Counted from the first letter of the stretch, positions 1 to 11,860 are shown. The stretch is 64,000 nucleotides of DNA from Marsupella aquatica (GCA_973895155.1 OZ316896.1:3572738-3636737); one strand, 5' to 3'. Translations and numbers: made by a program. Notes: a model not told the origin generated them from the sequence alone.

Positions 1-423
1 TTGGGATGCATTCATTTTGTATTAATTTTATATATTTTGTTGCCGATTGTGGTGGGACCTACCATTTTTGTGCGCATTCCTTGACATTTTTATGTATGCT
101 CCCCCTTGTTTGTGTTGGGATATGAGGTTCAATTATTATGTGGTTTAGCGATTCATGACATGGTATCCTCCCTCACCGCAATGGACTAACTCCAACTTAA
201 ACAATTCTAAACTCCTGATTGTGTGTTCTTTCCCCTGGTACAAGATGTTTTTTCCTGGTAACAGCATAAGGCAAACAGGAAAAGTATTTGTTGTTTGCCT
301 GTTTGCTGTCTCGGTCGCTATACCCAATGTCTGCCCATAACCAGGTTTCCTTGTCAATTTTCCTTTTGAGGTTTTGGAGGTCTTGTTTAGAAACCAGGTC
401 ATCTCTTCCATCGAAAGTCAAAG

Positions 424-3400
424 TGATGTCCGGCCGGGTCAGTGATATTGTGCCCTTGATCATGGCCATCTCTTTCTGTGGTGCATCCCATGGCTCCCTA
501 AACCCAAGAAACCCCCCTTGCGCAAGCCGATTCCCGCGGCTTAGCGGCATGGGGCGCTGCTAACCTCTACTACTACTATTAACATTTTACACACATATAC
601 TGGACAGATCCTTCATCGGGTCATGAGATATGTAGCCGGCCTAATCTAGGCCTTCCCTTGTCTTCCCCTCCGTCTTGTTAGGTATGTTTGGATTTCGCCG
701 CCAGAATGATCCCCAATAGGCTTGGTTAAGCCGCTAAGACCTCTCTCAGCTTGACACATCCAACTCTCACTCCCCTGCTTACTTTCCTTCCTCTATTAGT
801 TGATGTGGGCACTCTTCACACAAGCTAATGCGACACACAAATAGCAAAATGACTCCTTCTGACTGAGTCATACCATGCACTTGCCATACAAACAGTACAT
901 CTCATACACAAGCTCTACGAACTAAGCCGTGAGGCCAACTCTATTCAGCTCTTAGGCATGAGGAAACATGAATATACACAAGGGTCACTGTATGACTAAC
1001 CGAGAGCTTCTCGTACTACTTGATCCCAGCCTGGCTGGTGCAAACTAAAAACTTGCTAAAGAAGAGGCCCTGAGCTCCCCGCTACCCAGGTACTTATCCT
1101 GGTAGTGGATCCGCCTAATTCTTTGCAGCGTAAGCCTAATCTACCTAACAGTAATCTAACTGCCCGGATCTACCTATGTACAGCAAGGCAGGAGCACAAA
1201 TGTTGCTCCTACCAGTGGAACCGCAATCCCACTAAGCTAAGTGTCAGGGCCGCTCCTGGTCCTGATCCTAATCTTAAACTTGGAGATCAGCGCCCGCCCT
1301 GCCCACTCACGCCTCCTACCTCCACGTCTGCCCTTCTTAAAAGGAACGGCGCCCTTGCACCGTCATGACACCGGTGGTGGATCCTCAATGGACGCCCCCA
1401 ACGCTTCCTCCTTAGCCACTGTCGTAGGTTCGTTTTTTGACAGATTACCTGCCCTTGACTGAGTCAACTCTCCATCGGCCTGACTGGGTCCACCATCGGC
1501 ATCGGCATCGGCTTGGGAATCATTCACGGCTACGGCCTCAGCCCCGGCTACGGTCTCCTCGGCCTGCTCAAGAGGCGGATCTGGGATACCGGCCTCATTA
1601 TTGAGTAGTTCGGCTTGGGCCGCGCCACCCCCACCTTTGGTGATAGCGGGATCTATTGCCGTGTTCATGCCGGAGGTTGGTGCCGTTTTGAGTACGGCTT
1701 GAGGGGTCGAATAACCTCCGGACCCCGAAGGTTTCCGCTTCTTCTTCTTCACTATCTCCACAGCCGTTTCCTTCCCCTTACCGCCAACGTCCGGCACCGG
1801 GCCGTGTGTCACGGCTGGTCCTTCGGCAATTACCACCCCTGGTAACTGGTTTGCCCCAACGGGAGATGGACCTGATGCAGCTAAGCATTTAAATACTACG
1901 GCTTGTTTCTTCAGCCGCTCTGTTTGGTTGTCGGCCCGCCGCTGTAGGTTCTCCATCTTCCTCGTGATTTCCTCCAACTCCTCCTGGGTCTCATCCAGGT
2001 CCTTACGTGCCTCCTTCAGCTCATTTTTGGCTTCCTCCAATTCCCTATGGGCTTCCTCCAATTCCTTCTTGGTGGTAGTCCTCTCCTCCTGGGTTGCTCT
2101 TAGCTCCTTGTCGAGCTCTACTACGACCTCAGACTCCATGTTATTCATCTTGGCATAAGTCTGGTCGAGCTGGGCGTCCTTCTCCCATAGGTCGGCCTTG
2201 AAGCTGGCCGTTAGGGACGCAAGCTCCTGCTGTAGCGCAATAATCCCTTGATAGGATTTCCCTAACTTGGCCTCCTTCAGCTCAAGGGCTCTGCGGATTT
2301 TCTCGAGCTCCACCTTCAACCCCCATTCCTTTCTTTGGGTCTCCGCCATGGCCCGGTTGTTGGCTGTTATGTGGGCCTCCTCTGCATTCCTTAGCTCCTT
2401 CTTCCATTTCTCCCTATCCTTGATTGCGTCGGCCAATTCTCCCTGGGTCTGAGTCAGTTTATCCTTGATAATCTGATTATCAGCCTGTGCGGTGTCCAAC
2501 TGCCCCTACATGATGTTCAGCTCATGCCGCTTAATCCGCAGTTCATCTTGGGCTTTCTTGGCCGCCCTTAGATCTTTAATCTCGGCTTCCCTCCTCCTAA
2601 GCCGCCGGATGACCTCGTCCTTCTTGCTTCTCTCTAAAGCCACCGCTTCTTCTAATTGGTGCTTCTCCAACTGCTCCCTATGGAAAAAGGGTCCTACCTC
2701 CAACTTCTCCCCAAAGATGCCGAGCGCAAGTTCCCCACATATCTCACCATACTCCATGGCTCTATTCTTAGCGTAGGTGGAGTAAGTAGAAGTGATCGGC
2801 ATCGTCCATCGCGGCCTCTGCTCCCAAGCCGTCTTGCGGATCTCTTCAATCATGGCTAGAGGTTTGCTTCCTTTTTTGGCTAGCCGCCTGATGTCCTCCG
2901 GCCAATCTCCTCCTGGTAAATCCTTTTCCCTAGCCAGGGCTGCCTCCTCTTCCTGCCTGATTCGCTCCTGAAATTCCTGCGCCGTCTATTTTATGCCGTC
3001 AAAGCTTGGGGGAGCAACATCTGGTGGGGGAGACTCAGGGCTACTCTGCTGGTTGGGGTCCCCTCGTACTACCCTTGGAAGTGTGGGGATAAACCGGCCA
3101 CAGGTCCTTACTCCTGGAACGTGATGGTCCGACCCATAGCCGGAGTTATCATGGCTGCAGTCCTCCACTGCCTCCTCTACTTCTTGGACTTCCGGCTTCT
3201 CCCTCTCCTCTTTGTCGGTAGGAGCTTCAGGCAATTCTGCCTCAGATTTAGAGCTTGAGACTCCCACGTACATTCGAACACCTGGCTTGGATTCTGGCCT
3301 GATTCTCTCATTGTCTCTAGTAAAGGGGTTTTCCCTTGTAAGCCGGTGTAGGCCTACCTCTGGAGCAGTGTCCTGCATTGTTGCCGTTGCCGTTGTCGTT

Positions 3401-5126
3401 GCCGATGCCGATCTCTTTTCTTTCTCCAGTAGTTTCAGTAGATTCTGCATGCCTGATTGCTGCATCGGCAAGTCCTCCGTCCTTGGCCTAAACACCTGCT
3501 CAATCGTAGGGCTATCAGGTGGTTGAGGCTTCTCTGCTACCGGCCTCGGTGCTGGAGCTTCCTCGGGTACCCTTACCTGGAGGGGAAGTACTGGGGCAAA
3601 GGTCTGACCTCTGGCATACCGGCACAACAGCGGCATGTGATAGCCAAGCCGCGACACGCTCCCCATGCCGATTACCTGCTGCTCCTCCTTTAAGATCTTC
3701 TTCAATTGGTTGAGGAGGTACCCGTTGTAGTCCCGGCTTGGGTCTGGCCTCTCTGCCAGATAGACCTGTGCCTTGCCAATCTCTGCCCTCGGCAAGTTAC
3801 AATGCATGGTCACCCGCAAGAAGTCGATCATCTCTCCTATGTGCGGGTTGGTGCAGGTGTTCCGGAAGAAGCCATTCTTTGTTGATGGCCCGGGGAACAA
3901 CCGGAACTCCTTGTCAGGCAAGGTCTTCCTGGTATCAACCTTGGTCTTATTGCCTATCGTCAAGCCAAACACTTTGGCAATCACGTTGGGAGTAAGATAG
4001 AAATCCTTCCCATATATCCTTGTGCAATTGGTCTCGGGTTCCCATGACCCCACGAATTCTAATAGGTCTGAATCCGGCACCTCCGGCTTCAGCCATGATA
4101 ATCTTACAAAGGCCTCTAAGCCGGATCCGGCCATGAAGCCTTGGTACTTCTTGGTCTGCATGGCCGTAAAGCATGCATCCTCCTCCCGTGCAAAATGTAG
4201 TTGCACCTCCACAGGTAGGGTTGCCGCCCAGCCCTTCCAGGTGTCATCCCTGGTTGGAATGGCATTGATGGGATCGACCTCCTCCTCTTCGGCTTCTCCC
4301 TACCTCCTGCTCTGCTGCTTGGCTGGCTTCTTTGGTGCCGCCGACCTCGTTCTTTTCGCCAGGGTGGCTTCATCGTTGACGGCTCCCTTCCTCTTCATCT
4401 CTGCTACCGTGGAGGTTTCTCCTAGCACCGTTGCCTGGGTCCACCTTTCCGTGCTACCCTTCAATCCCCAGTGTATGTCGTTGCAGTTCTTGATGGCCTC
4501 TCGAATGCCGATGATTCTATCTTTGCAAAACAGAAGATTGTCGAGCTGATTGGAAGTAGGAGTCCACAAGAACTCGGCCTTGATGAGTTCGCCTCCTAAG
4601 AAAGCCGTCTTCTGCAGCTCCCACAATTGAGCGAGCTCTTGTCGTTCTTGAGCTGCCCTTTCTGATTCTTCGTCCTCGTAAGTCTTGATGTACTCAGTTG
4701 CCCATTCGAACAGGCATCCCCAGAAATGTGCCGCTTGATTGACGTTGCTCATACCCTCCTTAGGTCGATCGTTGGTATCTACTCTCTCCCCGAGTGCTTG
4801 CCTAAGCAGCTGACAGTAGTTGGCCTCCCGTAGTCGTCTGCCTAGTTCGTGCTCGCAAATGAGCCACCATCTCCTGCAAGCGCTCCTTACCCCTCTCCTC
4901 TTCTGGTCTTTCCTCCCGTTGATCCTTCCTAGCCGCCGACGCTTAGCGCGCCCTAACCCTAATTGAGCTTTCACCCTCAGCGTCCTTACCTTCGGCCTCG
5001 GCCTGGGTTCCATAGTCGCCCCTAATTGTTTATATTTTCCTTGTTTTGTCCCTATACTAAGGTGTTTCTAGGGTGCATTCCTGCTTTACCCACTTAACTG
5101 GCCGAGTGATTCCTGGCTAGGCATCA
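424..5126 (-). mobile_element. Unclassified ~4.7-kb insertion inside the MULE transposase exon (boundaries ambiguous by ~60 bp)
   Basis: Removing it rejoins the transposase in frame. Ends TGATGTCCGGCCGGG / CCTGGCTAGGCATCA form an 11/15 inverted repeat with only transition mismatches. No LTR pair, RT, integrase or transposase seen inside. Confidence 0.5.
1363..5013 (-). pseudogene. ~1217-codon TE-associated ORF (plant-transposon accessory-type domain plus long coiled coil) with three in-frame TAG stops
   Basis: ORFs 4300-5013, 2986-4212, 2506-2853 and 1363-2499 are all in one frame, separated only by TAG at 4300, 2986 and 2506. LLEFVGSW...IYGKDFYLTPNVIAKVFGL resembles retrotransposon extra-ORF (Transposase_32-like) motifs; EELEEA..ELKEA heptads at ~1930-2500. 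Confidence 0.65.
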
Positions 5127-6755
5127 CACTTTCAAATTGCAATTGACAATGGAGGTCATAAATGTCAAGGACGGACCATCCTGCCCTCAACGAGTCCTCA
5201 AGGTGCTTTTGGAGCTCATTGGTCAACCATGGAGCAATAGAGAATTTTGGTCCCCAAGAGGGTGGGCCTAGTTCTTGATCCCATTCGCCATGCATGATGT
5301 CGCCTCTTTGGTTGCAATGCTTTATGCAATAACAAGTAGGGCAAAACTTAAACCTTTAGAGTGCATTTCAAGTTCAGAGTACAGAGGCAAAAATTAAACC
5401 CTTTAAAGAGAGAAATTATTGTTGACAATACAATGGCAAAACCTAAACCCTTAGAGAGCAATTCAAGTTGATAGTACACAAGTAGAACTTAAACTTATAC
5501 GTATGTGTAAAATATAGCAAATTCCCAAAGCATCCTTACCTATTGATGTAGGAAAGTTGAAGAGCATCCGGGTTGGTTCTCATCCTCTTTGCAATGAAGT
5601 GACATTGACAGCCGCGCTTGGCATGGTTGTTGAAGGCATTTTTGCGCAATCTGGGTCTACTACCCATGCCCGATTTTGCTTTTGTTCCGGGCAATGGAGG
5701 AATCATGATAGCAATGCGCATGTGTTCATCTTGTGGACCATATGAACACCATAAGACTTTATATTCCACCCAATCCGTATTTTCTGAATCTGATTTTCTA
5801 GAGGATCTAACATGGAATGAGGTGACCTCAATTTTGGGATCCTTTATGCCCTCACCATCCTTGAAATCGGACAACCGGTCCAAGGGGATAATAGCCTGGT
5901 CATGTGGGCTCCAAGAAATGTCGAGTGATGGAAACTTTCCAGGCGATGGAGTCTGCATATGTTCCCATGGTTCTTGACTCATGCCCTAAAGCATTCTGCA
6001 TAGGCAAAACATAAACCATAAACCATAGGTATAACCTTGGCAAAACATAAACTACAAGAACCCTAAGGGCTATTTAGATTCAATCACAGGTCGCAAGGGC
6101 CATACGAAGCAAACTCAAATGCAAAAACAATGAATGGGTTCAGGAATGCATGGTACACTGGAAAAATGTAGATTACAAACCGCAAGTACTTACTACAAAC
6201 TGTTGCAAAACATGAACTACAAGAACCGTAAAAATTTGCAACGCACACACACAACTGGGAAAAACACCTACAAGATCCCTAAAAACTATTTATATTACAA
6301 TCACAGGTTGCAAGGGCCATACAAAGCAAACTAAAACGCTAAGACAACAAATTGGTGCATAATGCATGGTACATTGCTCTTTGCACAGGCACAACGCAAA
6401 GTACAACATAGATTACTTTCACGCATGAATTGAGCCAGAACGTACATTATATTTTGGCATAGAGTTTAGAGTTGAATGCAATGGGCGTGAACAGATTTCA
6501 GGTCTGCAAAATCATTGAAAGATACATTTGACACAGCCAATGTGTGACCTGCAGTACGTCAATGTCAATGTGTAGCACAATGTGACCCCACGCCCCACGC
6601 GATTGCTTGCTCTTCTCATTGTCTTGGTCTTCTCACGAGCTCCCTCCAGCTTGCAGCGTGGTGCGTGCATATAGTGTTTCTGTCAGAGTTCAGTTTTGGC
6701 ACAAAGTGTGGATGCAGGGTGTGCGTGGCGTCGGGGTTGTACCGCACCACCGCTC

Positions 6756-6959
6756 TCCTGGGCCCTCAGTCTTAACTAATACATGGAGGACGTGTAAACA
6801 TTTGAAGGGTAGTTTTTATTCATTTTGAATTAATAATTATAATTATTATCGGTAATAAGGGAACTTTTTATAGTAAAATGGAAATAACAAGGGGTAAATA
6901 GGAAGAGGTCCCGATTGGAGGGGGGGTCCACTTCTTTTACATGGAGTGAGGGCCCAGGG
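6756..6959. mobile_element. 204-bp MITE, TIR (T/C)CCTGGGCCCTCA, 8-bp TSD
   Basis: TSD CACCGCTC at 6748-6755 and 6960-6967; TIRs tcctgggccctca / tgagggcccaggg. Confidence 0.85.
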
Positions 6960-9091
6960 CACCGCTCCCGCCCCATTTTGAAATTGACGGAAAGTTTCCG
7001 TCGACGGATGTGGGGCGGGTGGCAAAACATTAACCATTGTCAGGGCTGTGCAGTGGGCAGGCAGCATCGGGAGTGGTGCGGGCAGCATACAGCTCACCCG
7101 GCATTTTGGAGGATCTTAACGCAGCGTAGATTTAACGCAGGGTGACCCTTTGTTTCTTTGAGGGTCATCAATGTGAGGTCAGAGTTTTGGGACAATCATG
7201 TACTTCAAGCATCTAGTCACTTGGGGTTTAGAGTTAAAGAGTTTACCTAGCCAGGGCAGCACGTACGGACCAACTAAAGCCAGTCATGTTTGCAGCGGTA
7301 ATGTGCAATGCCACCCAGACTTTAATTGTCATCTAGCTTATAAACTTGAAACTAAGGAGAGAATTCACGGCTTGAATGTGATAACAAGGACTAGCAGAGT
7401 CTCAACATTTGTCGGCGAGTTCTCTAGGGTCGGTAATACTGATTTAGTTCCGACATGAATCAGGTGCGATGAGCACCCGCAATGGGATTTTCGAACGTTC
7501 AGCTACGCATGGGCGGGCGCATGGGAGGCTTCGGAATCTGTGTGAAGTTTATGTTGCGATGGTCTCAACTGCTGATCTTGAAAACTGGAATGGTTGGTGC
7601 TTGCGATTTTAATACAAACAATTACAATCTGACGCGAGATGTGACGATCCCTTCTTGCAGGTGAGCCTTTTTGTACCCAGCTTTGGACCCAGTAAGTCCT
7701 TGCGTCAAACGCACGTAAGTCACAGCCAAAGTCCTAGACCTGAGCTCCTCAGTCCTTTATCGGATCTGATGCTGGAATCCGTCTTCTTTCTTAGTTGTGG
7801 AGTACGATCGTTGCAGTGAGACCCGTGCCGAAGATCGATTCCAACCACAAACCAGGTCCTAGTTATAGCCTTGATCACGGTTTGAGCAACGCAAATGGCA
7901 AATACTGTAAAAGACTGCGTTCTTTCATGAATGATGCGCCTCCACGTACCTTTTCACTCCACCCACCTCGATCAGTCGACTATGGACACTGTACTTGTTT
8001 ATCATTTCTTAAGTACACCCAAGAAAATAGCAAGATATACCGTCGACCACCCAACTCCTTCCCCCCCATCCCCTCGTCCCTTAAAAAATTCCATACTTCG
8101 GAACTGACCAAATGATGCTATACCCACAGTGTCCCCCACCCCACATATAGCGCGCTTGTCTTGGGGTGTCATGAATGGTTAGAAATTCAAGTTGTTAAAC
8201 AAGTCAAAGAATGAATAACGAATCAATTTCAAGCCCGTGCGGACCCAAATGTGCCGTGGGATCAGCATTATTTGGAAGAAATCAGAATGGACTTGAGATC
8301 CAGGCCAGCAATCCAGGTAAGTCTTTGTAAGGCAGCCGTTCTCCGGCCCGCAATCGAAATCCTTTAAAGACGTCCTAATGAGGTTAAGCTAACGTAGGTC
8401 AATCAAGAGCCCAGGGACTTTCAGCCATGCCAACGACAAACAGATCACTCTACTCCAGGTGTACCGATGACTCAGTGGAAGACAAATCGAATGCTTCAAT
8501 CGTCACTAACGTGACCAGTGTTAATTACGGACTATGCACAGGGTGCGATGAGTGTAAGATACAATCGGAGGCTTAGACAGGTACTTGCAGCATAGACCCA
8601 ATTTTCTAACTAGATCTGTCCATGACCCTTGGAGATCATCAGTCCGAGATTTAGAACATTCTATCGAAATGTACAATTCAAGTCCACCTTGTACACTCAT
8701 CTGAGACCTCTTTAATCGTGTACTTTAATTGAGTTCATATCTGACTCATCTGAGACCTCTTTAATCATGGACGTTAATCGAGTTCATATCTGACAATAGT
8801 ACTTCTCATCCACACAAATGATAGACACCACATCAGTCGTAGATTTAGAACATCCTGCTATCTAAATGTACAGTTCAAGTACATATTAGAAAAATAAAGA
8901 GTCAGCTCAGACATCTAACTTTGATTAATTATAGATCCTGAATCTATAACCTCGCGACTAAAGGCAATCTTGAAGAGCCTCGGGTACACACCTGCCTGGG
9001 TCTACTGTCCGCCTTTAACATATTTTTTCGAATGTGAATAGCATGAATGATCCCCTTTTTTGGGGTGGGGTGAATGTTAAAATGCATTCTT

Positions 9092-9163
9092 TGACACAAC
9101 CGGTTTTGAACTCAGGACCTCCTGATCCCTAACTGAGCTGTGCTACCATTGAATCTCTCCACA
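9092..9163 (-). mobile_element. tRNA-derived SINE-like or pseudo-tRNA head within a ~335-bp segment specific to duplication copy 1
   Basis: Minus strand reads gattcaatggtagcacagctcagttagggatcaggaggtcctgagttcaaaaccgg, with A-box-like and B-box-like (GAGTTCAAAACC) motifs at tRNA spacing. Segment ~8957-9290 is absent from copy 2. Confidence 0.45.
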
Positions 9164-10263
9164 ATTAGTGACAATATTCTTTTGTTCTAGGTAAAATCAC
9201 ATGTAATACATACTGGCAACACTAACGAGATAATCAATGCGGATTAGCATTAATTATCTTCGAGATTGAATTTCATCCTGAATTTGATATATAAAGCTAT
9301 TTGCTCATCCACACATGTACGACATCAACTGCAAATGTACCATTATTGACAAGAACATGAGAGACACTATCCATCTTTAGTGACTGGTTTCAGCGCAGAT
9401 CAAGTTAGAACCTCGAGTTGGAACATTTTTACTCTTAAGTTTGTTTATGGTGCGAGTAGTTGAAATTTCTGCCCTATCTATATATGTATAGACATATATC
9501 TTTGTATTTCGAAATACCCTCTAAAATCTCTTCATTTGGCACTTGTTTCACGTTAGCAGTAGTTATTGTATCCGAGCCAGTGATCACGAGTACCCTTTAT
9601 ATAGAAGAAAAGAAGAAAAGAGTGATTTCATTATATTGTGAGTTCACAGACTACTTGAAATGAATTATATATATAGAATAAGAACAGAGTGATTAATTTC
9701 ATTATATTGTGAGTTAACAGACTAGGATACTTGAAATGAATTATATAGAAGAAGGGAAGAGGGATTTGAATATATTGGGAGTTCACAGACTTACACCCGC
9801 TAAATAAAAACAATCAAATTTTACAGTTAGGAAAAGAGGGCAGAGGATCAGACAGAAAAGATAGAGGTACTCCCGATTTCACTCTGTGACAATTGCATAC
9901 GTCGTAATAATTGGAAGCCACACTATACTGGTGAATCCTCCAAAATGTGAACTAACAAAGAGTTACTGTCAAACAATTCTAGCTCAACCCGTCTATGACA
10001 CAAGTCAGCTTTAAAACAAGCAGGGCAAACTTACTAAGTAGGAGCAGTTGGCTTTGTAGCCATAGGCCAGGTACGTGCAGTAGCCCGGAAGGTACAAGTA
10101 TCTCATGTACAGTGATGTCCTATGTGACGTCAACAGCGCCTCGCGAAAGGAGGTGGACAGGTTTCGTGATTGACTCTGACGTAGTGGACATCAATCATGA
10201 GATATGTCCCTCTCAAACCTCATCACACGCTCTGTGATGTATAAAGTAAAGTAGATTCTTACC

Positions 10264-10298
10264 AAGTTTCTCCCACCTTGTAGATTGACCCAGGAAAC
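10264..10298 (+). promoter_or_regulatory. Conserved upstream module containing a W-box (TTGACC)
   Basis: AAGTTTCTCC..TGTAGATTGACCCAGGA here (W-box 10285-10290), degenerate repeat at ~10362-10396; also upstream of the GLP at 31577 (30694, 30813) and, inverted, of the GLP at 16225 (16862-16867). Confidence 0.5.
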
Positions 10299-10732
10299 TA
10301 GCCTTCGTTACATTAACTGCAGGATCGCTCTGTGTTATATAAAGCAAAATCGATTCGTATCAAGTTTCTCCAACCATGTAGGGTGACCCAGGAAACTACT
10401 TGAAGGTTGAGAGGCTTCGTTACTTTCATGATCCAGTTAAAAGACCACAGTCACACCTGCTCTTGTTGGGGTTGCGTTACTTTGGCAGTTGGGCGCGCGC
10501 AGCCTAGACCGGACCCACGTATCAATTGCGATCGTACAGTAAGCACACCTGCTGTTAGAAATCGCACCGCACTAGCCGTACGATCATCTCATAGAAATAC
10601 CAATAATATAATACTGCCTAGATTGTCGCGTTAGGGGAAGGTGCGCTTGGGAGGCCAAGGGGGTGAACTTTCCTCCAATGCCCCTGCTAACTGCTCCGGG
10701 GACTCCTCTTTAATTACCGCGTAGGATGCAGA

Positions 10733-10734
<2 letters not shown>

Positions 10735-10778
<44 letters not shown>
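10735..10778. repeat. (AT)22 microsatellite at the probable TATA box of the first GLP
   Basis: Direct count; the paralogous position 31206-31217 has (AT)6. Confidence 0.9.
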
Positions 10779-10781
<3 letters not shown>

Positions 10782-11149
10782 AGCTTCACTTCGTTCAACT
10801 CAAATATCACTCGCTCATGATCATAGTGAGCCAGCTCCAGCTCACAGTTTAGCGTGCTCTCATGCATTGTAGTTCAAGCTTATTTCCAGAAGCTCGCGTA
10901 ATTTCTTCCACTTGAGAAACGGATACAACTTCCTTACAGTTTTGTCAAAATCTGTCTAGCCATCTTCAAGTCTTTCCAGCTGAAAGGTCAGCTGTGCTAT
11001 GCTGTGATATTGAGCGCACAGACATAATTGCTGATCTACCTCCCATCATCGAAGCTAGCTTGTGTTGATCTCTCGCAGCCCAAAGCTTCAGTTGACCTGT
11101 CTGTAGGATTGAGCCTCCTTTGTCTGCAGTTGTATAATCGACAATATTA

Positions 11150-11860
11150 ATGGCTTTTCCAATTTCAGCCAGGCACCACCTCAGACTCTTTGTGACAATT
11201 ATAGCCATGGCGGCAATTGCCATTAGAGTCGGAGCTTCTGATCCTGATCCGCTGCAAGACTTCTGTGTGGCGGATCTTCAAGCGGGGGCACCCAATGTGA
11301 ACGGCTACCCCTGCAAGTCGGCAGAGTCCATCACAACTGAAGACTTCGCATTCGCAGGATTGGCTAAATACGCCAATCTCACTGGAAACCCCACCAACGG
11401 TAGTGCAACGTTCGGATTTGTGCGAGAATGGCCTGCACTTAACACATTGGGATTGGGTCTGGCTCGATTGGACATCAACCCTGGCGGAATCATCATGCCA
11501 CATACTCACAATTTGGCCACGGAGATCCTCTACTGCCTGGAGGGAGAGATCTACACCGGCTTCGTCACCAATAGCGATAACCCTGCAGTCCCCAACAAGC
11601 TGTACGCCAAGATCGTCAAGAAGGGGGAAGCATTCATTTTTCCGAGAGGTCTGCTGCACTTCCAGCTCAACAAGGGAACTGTTCGAGCAGTGAGCTTGAA
11701 CGTACTGAACAGTCAGAATGCTGGCATTCAACTCATGCCCGTGGCGTTGTTTGGGGTTGGCATTGATCCTCAGCTTCTCGCCAAGTCCTTTTTTATCACA
11801 GAGTCGCAGGTGGCGAGCTTGGGAGGCGTCCTATCCCGACTCGTCCATTCGCTAGCTTGA
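11150..11860 (+). CDS. Germin-like protein (cupin_1), 236 aa, secreted, intronless CDS (type A)
   Basis: Signal peptide, DPDPLQDFCVAD..NGYPCK, PALNTLG, germin box GGIIMPHTHNLATEI, KGEAFIFPRGLLHFQLN. Confidence 0.95.
   Translation: MAFPISARHHLRLFVTIIAMAAIAIRVGASDPDPLQDFCVADLQAGAPNVNGYPCKSAESITTEDFAFAGLAKYANLTGNPTNGSATFGFVREWPALNTLGLGLARLDINPGGIIMPHTHNLATEILYCLEGEIYTGFVTNSDNPAVPNKLYAKIVKKGEAFIFPRGLLHFQLNKGTVRAVSLNVLNSQNAGIQLMPVALFGVGIDPQLLAKSFFITESQVASLGGVLSRLVHSLA

Larger units (their letters stand above)
330..5982 (-). pseudogene. N-terminal exons of a MULE/SWIM-type transposase, split by a ~4.7-kb insertion
   Basis: Exon 5982-5540 (LWCSYGP...KRGCQCHFIAKR, GT donor at 5539), exon ~5320-5127 (HCNQRGDIMHG...APWLTNEL...GWSVLDIYDLH), continuation at ~423-330 (FDGRDDLVSKQDLQNLKRKI). 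From memory the motif order matches plant MULE-derived zinc-binding proteins of the At4g13970/At1g60560 type. Confidence 0.6.
1..7143 (-). mobile_element. Mutator-like (MULE) DNA transposon, right part (other end lies left of the window)
   Basis: Terminus ...gtagatttaacgcagggt at 7143 (reverse complement ACCCTGCGTTAAATCTAC) resembles ~95 bp of the TIR of the 9-bp-TSD element at 44936-45937. The paralogous site at 26701 continues directly with gaccctttg and has no element. Contains MULE-type transposase exons. Confidence 0.7.

Noticed and set aside
855-970. ctgactgag...gaaac as a possible hammerhead ribozyme core
   Set aside because: Could not build the required three stems by eye.
7795-8115. 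ORF conserved with 28309-28590
   Set aside because: Non-ATG start, different ends, no motif; similarity is explained by the segmental duplication.
11165-11731. 188-aa antisense ORF, repeated at 31592-32158 and 15716-16189
   Set aside because: Shadow of the GLP coding strand; conserved only because the GLPs are duplicated.
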